Source of the DNA: a virus
Taxonomy: Duplodnaviria > Heunggongvirae > Uroviricota > Caudoviricetes
IMG/VR virus record: IMGVR_UViG_641736116_000024
Direction: 5' to 3' (one strand)
DNA length: 25,340 nt
The position numbers and the translations under genes were made by a program. The notes under the pieces are model-generated. The model saw nothing but the letters and a program-made list of their open reading frames with translations. It had not been told where the DNA came from and searched no databases. Positions within the stretch are counted from its first letter, which is position 1; each line of letters starts with the position of its first letter. Below are positions 1-8,478 of this stretch, piece by piece.

Positions 1-702
1 ATGACTTTAAAGCGTTTGCAACTGATCGAAATGCCAATGTTATGTCGCAGGAGGAATGGGAAGCGTTGCGTGCGCTTATATCCGGGATTTACAGCAGGGA
101 AAGCATCCAGTGCGCAAGTCAATAAGGTTATTCGGCAGGCCAGCTTTATTGCTGCAGCTCTGGCCCAGTTTGTAAGTGATAAAACGCAACGGGATGTGCT
201 TGATAATGGTGATCTGCCCGGTTTTGTTGAATTGCTGGGATCGGGGTTTGCTGTTGAATACCTGAGCCGCAAGAATCCGTTTGGCGATATCAAATCGGAC
301 GGCACGGTGAAAACGGCTTTCATAAACGTTGGTTTGGGAGAAGCGGCAAAACGGGATGTGGGGACAGGGGAAAATCAGATACCGGACATGGCCTCTTTTG
401 CCAGTGGTGATGGATGGATGAAATTACCCAACGGTAAAATCCTGCAATATGGTCGTGGTGCGGTTACGCCGACATTATCGACGCAAACAATGAGAATTAC
501 ATTCAGCATCCCTTTCCCCAAAAAAGCGGACTGCGCCATGCTTACTCATTCTGGTGATGGCGGTGCGCCTTTAGGCGCTGGGCGAGGGTTCGTGATGACT
601 GCAGAAGGCCCAACGTTAACCGGCTTTAATTCTGCTTACAGAACGTCATCAACCAGCGACACGGTATCGATGAATTACAGTTGGTGGGCTGTTGGTGAGT
701 AA
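1..702 (+). CDS. Silent (promoterless) alternative tail-fibre C-terminal cassette; the part from about 344 to 702 would fuse to the H N-terminus after inversion. Upstream part (1-343) may be a decayed remnant.
   Basis: Frame 1 is open from position 1 to the stop at 700-702 with no start context. It is followed immediately by its own tail-fibre assembly gene and lies opposite and convergent to H-G. It shares an in-frame GLGE-coding 15-mer with H at the proposed crossover site. Confidence 0.5.
   Translation: MTLKRLQLIEMPMLCRRRNGKRCVRLYPGFTAGKASSAQVNKVIRQASFIAAALAQFVSDKTQRDVLDNGDLPGFVELLGSGFAVEYLSRKNPFGDIKSDGTVKTAFINVGLGEAAKRDVGTGENQIPDMASFASGDGWMKLPNGKILQYGRGAVTPTLSTQTMRITFSIPFPKKADCAMLTHSGDGGAPLGAGRGFVMTAEGPTLTGFNSAYRTSSTSDTVSMNYSWWAVGE
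317..342. promoter_or_regulatory. Candidate serine-invertase crossover site (cix/gix/hix-like), outer copy
   Basis: CTTTCATAAACG-TT-GGTTTGGGAGAA. The inner arm plus centre (329-343) is a perfect 15-bp inverted copy of 2219-2233; the outer arm is degenerate. Confidence 0.5.
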
Positions 703-722
703 TTTTATTCAGGGTGATTTAT

Positions 723-1166
723 ATGAACGAATATGTTTATAGCGCAAGGCATAATGCTTTTTTCCCTGTGGATATGATTGATAAATATAAATCAGAGGGA
801 TGGGATTTATCAGACGCTAAGGAAGTAAATCAAAATATTATCAGTGAGTTTATGGCTGAACCGCCACAAGGAAAAATCCGTATTGCCGGAGATGATGGGC
901 TGCCTGCGTGGGCAGATATTCCTCCACCCACGCATGAAGAACTTATTGAAATTACTGAATCAGAAAGACAGCTACTAATTAACCAGGCCAACGAATACAT
1001 GAACAGTAAGCAATGGCCCGGTAAAGCCGCTATTGGTCGTCTGAAAGGTGAGGAACTGGCACAATATAATTTGTGGCTGGATTATCTGGACGCACTGGAG
1101 CTGGTCGATACCGCCAGTGCGCCAGATATTGAATGGCCTACGCCTCCGGCAGTTCAGGCCAGATGA
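723..1166 (+). CDS. Tail fibre assembly protein (alternative copy, Tfa')
   Basis: C-terminus NLWLDYLDALELVDTASAPDIEWPTPP is the conserved Tfa/gpG-type tail. The ATG at 723 has AGGGTG upstream. Its 3' end overlaps the convergent G gene. Confidence 0.8.
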   Translation: MNEYVYSARHNAFFPVDMIDKYKSEGWDLSDAKEVNQNIISEFMAEPPQGKIRIAGDDGLPAWADIPPPTHEELIEITESERQLLINQANEYMNSKQWPGKAAIGRLKGEELAQYNLWLDYLDALELVDTASAPDIEWPTPPAVQAR

Positions 1167-1740
1167 CATCCGGCGCGGTGCTGGTATCTGTTGCCGTCAC
1201 CGCGTCAATGTAATCCAGCACCGTGTTAAGTCGGTTGGTTTCTGCCTGCGTCAGCTTCCGTCCGGCCTGTAATTTCAGCTGAATCAGACTAATGGAAGCC
1301 ATTGCAGTATCAATCAGCGACTGGCGTTGTGTTTCTGCCGCTTCTACTGCGGCGCTATGCTGTGCTTCGGTATCCGTCACCCATTTCTCACCATCCCATT
1401 TATCGTATGGCGTTAACGGGGCGATAGTGGTTGTATTATCAGGGTAATCACCCGGAGCGGTGATTTCTTTTGATTCTCCTGTTTCGGTGCTAAAGACGAT
1501 TTCACCGCGATGGTCTGGCACATATTCCCATGAGTTAAAATCTGCAGAACGGCAGATTGCATAACCAGCTTTGTATGCGCCTGGGGCATCTAAACAGGAA
1601 TATGCCGGAATGCCGACACCAATAGCAAGATATTCAGTTGAAGCTGAAATATATTCCCGACTCATGACATCAAAGTTATAAACAGTAATTTCTCCTGCCA
1701 TAGTGGCAATTAATTCACTGTTTAATTCTGCGTTATTCAT
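1138..1740 (-). CDS. G: Tail fibre assembly protein (P2 gpG-like)
   Basis: 200 aa; C-terminus LNTVLDYIDAVTATDTSTAPDVIWPELP is Tfa-type. Start overlaps the H stop by 1 nt. Confidence 0.85.
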   Translation of the reverse strand: MNNAELNSELIATMAGEITVYNFDVMSREYISASTEYLAIGVGIPAYSCLDAPGAYKAGYAICRSADFNSWEYVPDHRGEIVFSTETGESKEITAPGDYPDNTTTIAPLTPYDKWDGEKWVTDTEAQHSAAVEAAETQRQSLIDTAMASISLIQLKLQAGRKLTQAETNRLNTVLDYIDAVTATDTSTAPDVIWPELPEA

Positions 1741-3059
1741 TATGCAGCCCTCACAATATAGTTAAAAGCGACATTTCGTGGGCGTGTTTCATTCGCACCT
1801 GCAGGTTTAGTCGTTGCCGCAACAACACCACCCTCTGTAATAGCCGGGTTGGGAATTGGGTAATTATCGAAGTTAATGGCCGGAGACAGGGGCGTGATTT
1901 GTTTTAAAATCGTGGTGCCTGTAAAACTTTCCAGAGTCTGGTCGTTAGTTCGTGAAGTCCAGATTCCCCAATAGTGGTTATGACTGACAATCGCACCGTC
2001 CTGAAGCGTCAATAATCCCCTTCCGTTATCCACTCCACGTCCGTCATCCCAGCCACGAATAAACTCACCACGTAAATCAGGCAATTTATTTGTCGGGTAA
2101 ACCTTTGCCAGTTCCGGGTATTCTTCAGCAGAAAAAGCCGCCCCGTTGCATTTCAGCCAGCCTGTCGGCGGAGTGGCTGAAGGCCACGGAACAGGCACAC
2201 CAACGGGTAATGCCGAACCTTCTCCCAAACCAAGGTATGCGAGAAGACCGGCAACATCCTTTCCACTCAAATGAGTCAGCGTCTCATCCAGTGGCTGCTT
2301 ACCTGACAGCGCATTGTTAATGGTGGTGCTGAATTTCGGGTCATTGTTAATGGCCGCGGCAATTTCTTTCAGTGTGTCCAGCGTGTCTGGCGCGCCGTTA
2401 ATCAGAGCGGTAATAGCGGTCTGAACAAACTCAGTGGTCGCAATCCGCGTGGTGTTATTTCCTGCGGCAGGCGTTGGCGCTTTTGGTTCTCCGGTAAATG
2501 TCGGATTATGTTTCTGCGCATACTGGGTATGAGGATCCTGTGCGGCAATGTGGTTTCTCATCTGGTCATCCACATACAGCCTTAATTCCAGGACTTTATC
2601 ATCCACGTATTTACGGGTCGCCAGTACCACCGACGGGTCGATTTTCAGCGTGATGGCTTCGGTATTCGTGACAACCAGAATCATGCGGATAGTCTGGGTA
2701 CGACCGCTGCCTTCCTGTAACTGCGGTTTGTACGTTTCCGGGCAGTTCGCCACCGCAATGAGTACGCCTTCATCATCATAAAGCCCAATCTCACGGATCC
2801 AGAATCCGCCCTCGTTCTCAGGGATGATTTGCTCCGCAATAATCTGGCTCTGGTTGTTCGGGTCAACACTCAGAAGATTCAGCGGCGCGATGCGTTTCTG
2901 GTTAATAAGTTTTGTCTGTGCCGGGTCAGGTGTCGGCAAGACACCATTTGCATCACCAACGGCCATTTGCGTCAGATTCAGCTTACTGCCGAGCATCGTC
3001 GCGTTAGCCAGCCGTGCCGCGCCCTGATTAGTCAGAATGGCGTAGTATTTCACTGTCAT
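1740..3059 (-). CDS. H: Tail fibre protein H: P2-H-like N-terminal domain with a different C-terminal receptor-binding region carrying a phage tail-collar-like motif
   Basis: 439 aa. N-terminal about 150 aa follow the P2 gpH pattern (MAVGD, GGFW.RE.GLYDD.G.LIAVAN, YKP.L.EGSGR, YVDDK). C-terminal region contains GWLKCNGAAFSAEEYPELAKVY...LPDLRGEFIRGWDDGRG. Confidence 0.9.
   Translation of the reverse strand: MTVKYYAILTNQGAARLANATMLGSKLNLTQMAVGDANGVLPTPDPAQTKLINQKRIAPLNLLSVDPNNQSQIIAEQIIPENEGGFWIREIGLYDDEGVLIAVANCPETYKPQLQEGSGRTQTIRMILVVTNTEAITLKIDPSVVLATRKYVDDKVLELRLYVDDQMRNHIAAQDPHTQYAQKHNPTFTGEPKAPTPAAGNNTTRIATTEFVQTAITALINGAPDTLDTLKEIAAAINNDPKFSTTINNALSGKQPLDETLTHLSGKDVAGLLAYLGLGEGSALPVGVPVPWPSATPPTGWLKCNGAAFSAEEYPELAKVYPTNKLPDLRGEFIRGWDDGRGVDNGRGLLTLQDGAIVSHNHYWGIWTSRTNDQTLESFTGTTILKQITPLSPAINFDNYPIPNPAITEGGVVAATTKPAGANETRPRNVAFNYIVRAA
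2220..2245. promoter_or_regulatory. Candidate serine-invertase crossover site inside H (26-bp imperfect palindrome)
   Basis: TTCTCCCAAACC-AA-GGTATGCGAGAA; arms match 10/12 as inverted repeats. Close to the recalled hixL/gix pattern TTCTTGAAAACC-AA-GGTTTTTGATAA. Lies in frame at the YLGLGE codons of H. Confidence 0.55.
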
Positions 3060-3667
3060 GCGTTTACTCTCAGGTTATCAATTAAATGAATGGCCGAGGC
3101 CGGGAAATAATCCCCTCCGACAATAATGGCCTCCGGGGTGTAGGGATAAACCGTCAGGGCGTCGCCGTGATAGCATCCCGCACCGGCAAAAATGTTGCCG
3201 GTTGTACTTAAACTGATAGCCAGTCCCGTCAGATGGCGGCTTGCAGGTTTTGCATCAGCAACGAGACGCTCCAGCTCCTGATACATTTCCTCGGTAATAC
3301 CCTGCTCAAGCACGCCAACAACGATGCGGAACGTCCCCGGCTCCTCGTTGAGCTGCCACCACTCCCTCACCTCAATCAGATAGCCGAGCGGCTCCACCAC
3401 ACGGCGAATCGCACCAATAGTGCCCTTATGGCAGTGAATGAAATACGCATCGCGGATAACAGCGCGTTTTGTCGCTTCCGGCCACTTATCATCCCAGCGG
3501 TCAACCGAAAATGACCACGCCAGCCACGGCAGCAGATTTGCCGGACAGGTATCCGGGTTCCACAGCTCACGAATACTGACCGGCGTTTTTTCAATTTCCG
3601 CACAGGCTCTTGCGGCGGCGACTTCAAGCGGTGATGAGCCGGTCGGCAGCAGGCGCGAATCACTCAT
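3056..3667 (-). CDS. I: Baseplate assembly protein gpI
   Basis: 203 aa, N-terminus MSDSRLLPTGSSPLE typical of P2 gpI; position between J and H. Confidence 0.9.
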   Translation of the reverse strand: MSDSRLLPTGSSPLEVAAARACAEIEKTPVSIRELWNPDTCPANLLPWLAWSFSVDRWDDKWPEATKRAVIRDAYFIHCHKGTIGAIRRVVEPLGYLIEVREWWQLNEEPGTFRIVVGVLEQGITEEMYQELERLVADAKPASRHLTGLAISLSTTGNIFAGAGCYHGDALTVYPYTPEAIIVGGDYFPASAIHLIDNLRVNA

Positions 3668-4568
3668 CCGAGCCTCCGGTCACGACGCTGTATTCGGTGC
3701 AGAAAGACGCCTGCGTACTGTTGAGCACAATGTCAGCCAGAGGTGCAGTCAGTTCGACACGTTGCACGCCTTCCACATGCAAAGCGGCATAAATGGCAGA
3801 CAGACGGATGTCGCGCCCAAGCCGGTGCTGTGCCGTGATGTACGCTTCCAGTTTTTTCACGGCAGCAGCGCGGATGGGTTCGCTTTCGGGACCTGGGTAA
3901 AGGTAAAGCGTGGCGTTTATCTGATATTCAACAATGGCGGCAGACTGCACGGTCACGCGGTCGGCCACCGGCCTGACGTCCTCGCCATTAAGGGCGTTAC
4001 GCACCACGGCCAGCAGGTCTTCGGATGCGACGCCGTTATTTTCACGTGACAGCACGGAGATAGTGACGCAGGCCGGAGACGGACTGGTGACAGAGATATC
4101 CGCGACACGCCCGTCAGCACTGCGACCATGATACTGATAGGCTCCCACCGACCCGGCGACGCTTAAGCCCTCAAACGCCTGCTGAATACGCAGACGATAA
4201 TCGGTGTCAGACTCCATCACTGCCGGTGTCGGCGGGATAGTCGAATCATCTGCCGGGGTGATAATCAGGCGTGTGGTGTTGTAATTGGCACCAATCACAT
4301 CAAGGTCATTACCGGCGGCACAGGCCAGCATCACCGCCCGTGCGGCCTCATTCACACGCTGACGCCAGATAAGCTCACGATAAGCATTTTCCTCCAGAAG
4401 TTTGACGAGAGGCTCGGATTCCAGCGTCAGGGTACGGGCGACCGCCTCCTGCTGGTCTTCCGGGTAAAGGGAAATCAGTGTCGCCTTGCGTTCGGCAAGA
4501 ATGGTTTCAAAGTCCAGCTCCTCGACCACATCCGGTGCGGGTAGCTGGTTCAGGTCGATAATCGGCAT
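3660..4568 (-). CDS. J: Baseplate assembly protein gpJ
   Basis: 302 aa, same length as P2 gpJ; synteny W-J-I. Confidence 0.9.
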   Translation of the reverse strand: MPIIDLNQLPAPDVVEELDFETILAERKATLISLYPEDQQEAVARTLTLESEPLVKLLEENAYRELIWRQRVNEAARAVMLACAAGNDLDVIGANYNTTRLIITPADDSTIPPTPAVMESDTDYRLRIQQAFEGLSVAGSVGAYQYHGRSADGRVADISVTSPSPACVTISVLSRENNGVASEDLLAVVRNALNGEDVRPVADRVTVQSAAIVEYQINATLYLYPGPESEPIRAAAVKKLEAYITAQHRLGRDIRLSAIYAALHVEGVQRVELTAPLADIVLNSTQASFCTEYSVVTGGSDE

Positions 4569-4572
4569 GGTT

Positions 4573-4920
4573 TCAACTCACAGGGATGGTTAACGAAAGT
4601 GGCTGGCCGGTGTCGTTGTGCTGGCCGGTTAACGTGACCGTCATTCGCCCGTCAAAACTGCGCTCAGTAGTGACGGATGACAGGGTGACGCGGGGTTCCC
4701 ATTTCAGCACCGCCATGTAACAGGCGACCTTAATCTGCAACTCAAGCGCCGGGGTCTGCGGCTGGTCAATCATTAATGCCAGCAACGAGCCGTAATCACG
4801 ACGCATCACCCGTGAGCCGACCGGTGTACGCAGGATATCGCCGATACTCTGGCTGATATGCTCAAGGTCAGTGACAGTCAGGCCATCACTGCGATTCATT
4901 CCGAGATAACGCGCTGTCAT
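4573..4920 (-). CDS. W: Baseplate protein gpW (gp25/GPW family)
   Basis: 115 aa, same length and position as P2 gpW. Confidence 0.9.
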   Translation of the reverse strand: MTARYLGMNRSDGLTVTDLEHISQSIGDILRTPVGSRVMRRDYGSLLALMIDQPQTPALELQIKVACYMAVLKWEPRVTLSSVTTERSFDGRMTVTLTGQHNDTGQPLSLTIPVS

Positions 4921-5552
4921 AAAGGACTCCCGGTTGTGCCGCCGCTGTCGCCGGGGTGTTTATGGGTATGCAGTACCTTACCGTTTGATGAGAGTTCACC
5001 ACCGGTGTGTTCAATGTTGCCGCGCATCGTCCCGCCCTTCTGTACTTCCAGCGTGCCGGTAATCAGCCTGTTGGTGCAGACCACCTCCGGTGTGTCCAGG
5101 GTGATGCGGGTTGACGCTTTCACCATGACCACCGGCACCGTGGCAGTAACAGAATCAGAAGCCGTCACGCTGGCCGTTTTAATTCCGCTTACCGTCAGTG
5201 CACTGGTTTCAGGTTCATACTCAATCACCGCCCCGTCAGGGAAACGGATATGCAGGGCATCCGCCGACGCAGACGGCGCGGGGTTATCGCCGGAATAAAT
5301 CCCCGGCAGAACAAACGCTGTGTCAAGTTCACCGCCCACGGCCAGAATCAGCACCTGCTCCCCCACGGAAGGTGCCCACCATGTGCGCGAACGCCCGGCA
5401 CGACAAGTCAGCCACTGAAGCCAGTCGGTGCACATGCCGCCGGTCTGCACACGGCAGCGACCGGCGTTAAGGTCGGTTTCGACGACAAGGCCGGTGCGAA
5501 TCATGTTGCGCAGTGCGCGCGCGAGTTCCTGGATATTTGCGAGAGTGTTCAT
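4917..5552 (-). CDS. V: Baseplate spike/assembly protein gpV
   Basis: 211 aa, same length and position as P2 gpV; C-terminal HTHKHPGDSGGTTG motif. Confidence 0.9.
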   Translation of the reverse strand: MNTLANIQELARALRNMIRTGLVVETDLNAGRCRVQTGGMCTDWLQWLTCRAGRSRTWWAPSVGEQVLILAVGGELDTAFVLPGIYSGDNPAPSASADALHIRFPDGAVIEYEPETSALTVSGIKTASVTASDSVTATVPVVMVKASTRITLDTPEVVCTNRLITGTLEVQKGGTMRGNIEHTGGELSSNGKVLHTHKHPGDSGGTTGSPL

Positions 5553-5618
5553 AACGGGAAGGATGCCGCCGGGTCATACCGGCGGCAATGTGACGATGAG
5601 GTGCCAGGAATGGCACAA

Positions 5619-6071
5619 CTAACGGTCGAGGTGAGCCAGGATAATCTCTTCAATCATCTGCACATCCTCACCGGTAAAGCCGAGCAGAGGACGCGCCGGA
5701 TAATCAATTTTCTTACCGTCTTTCCGGTTTTCTTCCGACAGACCGAACTGATGCACGCTGGCGATTTTCGGTGACTTCCCGCCGTAAAACTCCATTGATG
5801 CCTGTTCCTGGCTGGCACGGATATGCAAAAAACGACTGGTAATAAGTTTCGCAAACATTTTTCGCTTAACGCGACCGGTCTTTTTTCTGACGCTCTGCTG
5901 CTGGCGTGGCGCGTAGGGTGTGCCGTCCGGGGCTTTCTGTGTCATCACCCGACGCTGCTGACTCTGCCGCAGACGTTTCGCCAGTTCGGCGCTCAGTCGT
6001 CGACGCCCTGACGGTGACAGCGATTCAGTCAGTCCGGTCAGCCGGTCTTCAAAACGCTTAAACTCATTCAT
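5619..6071 (-). CDS. S: Tail completion protein gpS
   Basis: 150 aa, P2 gpS length and position. Confidence 0.9.
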   Translation of the reverse strand: MNEFKRFEDRLTGLTESLSPSGRRRLSAELAKRLRQSQQRRVMTQKAPDGTPYAPRQQQSVRKKTGRVKRKMFAKLITSRFLHIRASQEQASMEFYGGKSPKIASVHQFGLSEENRKDGKKIDYPARPLLGFTGEDVQMIEEIILAHLDR

Positions 6072-6531
6072 CCCACTTGCTCACCAGTTCGCCATTGATA
6101 TAAAGCTCCATCGGGCGGGTGACCGGCTCCGGCGGCGGAGGTTCCGGGATATTCTTCACATGCAGTGCGCCGACCACCTCACTGACCAGCGTGCGCTCGG
6201 TCAGCATCAGGCTGATGCTGATATCAAAGCTGCTGTCATTGTTGATGTCTGCATAAAACGTGAAGCCCTTTTTCTGGCCTGCGTCGGTGGTCATGATGTC
6301 GGGCTGATTTTCCCGCAGCCACGCCAGCACCGGCACGATGAGCAGGTCAAAATCACCGGTAAAGTCGGTCACAATGACATTGAGCGTGTAACGCTTTTCG
6401 AATGACAGCGACGCCGCCAGTGTGGAGGCAATACTCCCGTTATCCACGAATATCCGCAGCATATCGGGGTTAGTTTTCAGCACCGTGACGGCATCAGTCA
6501 GCGCCCTGCGCAGGCTGTCGGGTTTGAGCAT
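6064..6531 (-). CDS. R: Tail completion protein gpR
   Basis: 155 aa, P2 gpR length and position. Confidence 0.9.
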   Translation of the reverse strand: MLKPDSLRRALTDAVTVLKTNPDMLRIFVDNGSIASTLAASLSFEKRYTLNVIVTDFTGDFDLLIVPVLAWLRENQPDIMTTDAGQKKGFTFYADINNDSSFDISISLMLTERTLVSEVVGALHVKNIPEPPPPEPVTRPMELYINGELVSKWDE

Positions 6532-6551
6532 CGTTTTCGTCCTGACAGTGT

Positions 6552-6785
6552 TTAATCATTTTTAACCTGGCTGGCACAGCGTGCCAGCGCGTTCTCAAGC
6601 TGCCGGATATCAGCACTTAAATCGCCGTTCGTCTGCGGGTCACTGCCCGGCATCGGGCAAAGGCTCACTTTCGGGCAGGCGTTGGCGACAATCACTGGCG
6701 TCTGCGCAGGCGGGGCGCTGGTGCAACCGGCGCACAGCATCAGGCAGGTCAGTGCCGTACCAGCGGCGAAAATCTTCGTTTTCAT
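6552..6785 (-). CDS. lysC: LysC, Rz1-like outer-membrane lipoprotein spanin, overlapping lysB in another frame
   Basis: Internal start MKTKIFAAGTALTCLMLCAGC gives a signal peptide plus lipobox (LCAGC). Gene overlaps the 3' part of lysB and extends beyond it. Confidence 0.8.
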   Translation of the reverse strand: MKTKIFAAGTALTCLMLCAGCTSAPPAQTPVIVANACPKVSLCPMPGSDPQTNGDLSADIRQLENALARCASQVKND

Positions 6786-7065
6786 TGAGTAACCTCGTGA
6801 TGGCTTTCTCGCGCTGTGCTTCACGCTTCGCGGCGTTCTCCAGCTCCTGACGCAGTGCCACCTGCGCCATCTCGTTTTTGTCTGCCCTGGTGAGGGCAAC
6901 ATGAAGCTGATTTTTCAGCATGATGATGGTCGTCTGCTGCCCACTGGCGACATTGTTTGCCCTGTCCAGCGAGGCGCGCAGGCTGGCGTTTTCATGCTTC
7001 GCCAGAAACAGACCGGCCACCGCCAGTGATAACAACACAACCAGCACAATCATCAGCTTTGACAT
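6640..7065 (-). CDS. lysB: LysB, Rz-like inner-membrane spanin
   Basis: 141 aa; N-terminal transmembrane anchor MSKLMIVLVVLLSLAVAGLF followed by a charged helical region; P2 lysis cassette position. Confidence 0.85.
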   Translation of the reverse strand: MSKLMIVLVVLLSLAVAGLFLAKHENASLRASLDRANNVASGQQTTIIMLKNQLHVALTRADKNEMAQVALRQELENAAKREAQREKAITRLLNENEDFRRWYGTDLPDAVRRLHQRPACADASDCRQRLPESEPLPDAGQ

Positions 7066-7478
7066 GGTTCCCGCCCCTCAAAACGCTGACGGCAGGCCGT
7101 ACGTATCAGCCGGAAAAACAGCGACGCCACAAGATAAATCAGCGCGGTAAAAATCCACCCGGCGGCGACCAGCGAGATAAACGTCGCCACCATCACCACC
7201 AGAGCCGCCGCCCGTCTGCGCCACGGCACCGGCTGCAAAAACAGCGACGTGACAATCTTCACGGCCAGCGATTCCGGCGGCAGCTCCCGCCCGTAGCGTT
7301 CCAGTACATACTCTGTGGCATACACCCCGACACCACCGGCAACCACACAGATAACCGTCGCCAGAATCGCCCAGGCAGCGACAAAACTGACGGCCACGCT
7401 CTGCGGATAAATCAGGGACAGTGCCAGCATCAGCGCCAGCGACACGTGCAGCATCAGTGAAAGGGATAATTTCTTCAT
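7053..7478 (-). CDS. lysA: LysA, membrane protein affecting lysis timing
   Basis: 141 aa with multiple hydrophobic helices; P2 lysA length and position. Confidence 0.85.
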   Translation of the reverse strand: MKKLSLSLMLHVSLALMLALSLIYPQSVAVSFVAAWAILATVICVVAGGVGVYATEYVLERYGRELPPESLAVKIVTSLFLQPVPWRRRAAALVVMVATFISLVAAGWIFTALIYLVASLFFRLIRTACRQRFEGREPCQS

Positions 7479-7492
7479 GGTGTTTACTCCGT

Positions 7493-7990
7493 TTAAGCCG
7501 GTACGCCGCCAGCGGTACGCCAGACGGTGACCAGTTTTTCCAGTGAATGCTCACGCTGACCGTAACCGGCACCCGGCAGGGACGCCCAGATATTGCGACA
7601 GCGTGAAATGGCACGCTCAATGCGTCCCGCCCGGATGTCATCCAGTGCACCGCGTTCGCGGATCAACTGAATGGCGAGCCTGTCCTGTGACAACGGACTG
7701 AAATCCGGCAGGGCAAGCTGTTTGCGGTAATGCGGCCAGAACAGGTAAAGCTGCTGATAGCGACCGGAGGCCGTGGATTTTTCACCGCGACGGTTAAACA
7801 CCTTCGCCGGTCGGCCATGCGCGAACGGGTGGTCACTGTAGTCGGTGAAAATTTCCGGCTTTCCGTCCAGTCCGGTGACTATCACGTCATAGCCCCGGTT
7901 TTTCGTCAGCGGATGATTCGCCGTCCCTTCGGACACGGCCAGCATGTCGAGAAAGGCGGCGATATTCTGATGCGTGTTAATTACCGGCAT
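7493..7990 (-). CDS. K: Endolysin (P2 gpK lysozyme)
   Basis: 165 aa, P2 gpK length and position. Confidence 0.9.
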   Translation of the reverse strand: MPVINTHQNIAAFLDMLAVSEGTANHPLTKNRGYDVIVTGLDGKPEIFTDYSDHPFAHGRPAKVFNRRGEKSTASGRYQQLYLFWPHYRKQLALPDFSPLSQDRLAIQLIRERGALDDIRAGRIERAISRCRNIWASLPGAGYGQREHSLEKLVTVWRTAGGVPA

Positions 7991-8271
7991 TACGGTTTCC
8001 CCCTGCCCTTAAAGCGGCGCTGAATGGCAATCTCAATCACCTGATAACCGGCGATACCCAGCATGGAGCCGATACCGCACACCGCAGGCAGTGACAGGTC
8101 AGGAAACTGCACCAGAACAACACCGGCAACCATCGAGACAAAACCACCGAGCAACATGCGCCCGATAAACAGACGCGGGGTGATGGGTTCACCACCGGCA
8201 AGCACCTTGCCGACAACAATCAGCACTCCAATCATGAAAAGCGACAGGACGCTTTTTTCTTCTGCTGTCAT
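7990..8271 (-). CDS. Y: Holin (P2 gpY)
   Basis: 93 aa with hydrophobic helices and a basic C-terminus (RRFKGRGKP); P2 gpY length and position. Confidence 0.9.
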   Translation of the reverse strand: MTAEEKSVLSLFMIGVLIVVGKVLAGGEPITPRLFIGRMLLGGFVSMVAGVVLVQFPDLSLPAVCGIGSMLGIAGYQVIEIAIQRRFKGRGKP

Positions 8272-8274
8272 GCG

Positions 8275-8478
8275 TTACTCCCACAGATTGACAGTTTCAG
8301 CCACGGGCGCGGTCTGAACGTCGGGCAGTTCGACGGCGGTGCCGTGCGGCAGCATCGCACCCAGTTCAGCCAGTCCCGGATTTGCGGCGAGCACGGTCTC
8401 AACCACGCCCTCAGTGCGCCCGTAATACCGGACACAAATGGCGTCGAGCGTGTCGCCCTGTAGCGCAAAGGTCTTCAT
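8275..8478 (-). CDS. X: Tail protein gpX
   Basis: Internal start MKTFALQGDTLDAICVRYYGRTEG gives 67 aa, the P2 gpX length; start overlaps the L stop by 1 nt. The ORF track extends further upstream in frame. Confidence 0.85.
   Translation of the reverse strand: MKTFALQGDTLDAICVRYYGRTEGVVETVLAANPGLAELGAMLPHGTAVELPDVQTAPVAETVNLWE

Noticed and set aside
60-90. GGATTTACAGCAGGGAA, which resembles a gix half-site (GGTTTACAGGAA)
   Set aside because: It has an internal 3-nt insertion relative to the half-site and no partner arm, so it does not form a 26-bp site; probably coincidental.
3438-4049. Long plus-strand ORF (203 aa) antisense to gpJ/gpI, and similar antisense ORFs such as 7078-7650, 9084-9683 and 12021-12731
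   Set aside because: They lie wholly inside well-supported structural genes on the opposite strand and their translations are low-complexity and Arg/Ser/Cys-rich, typical of shadow ORFs in GC-rich coding DNA.
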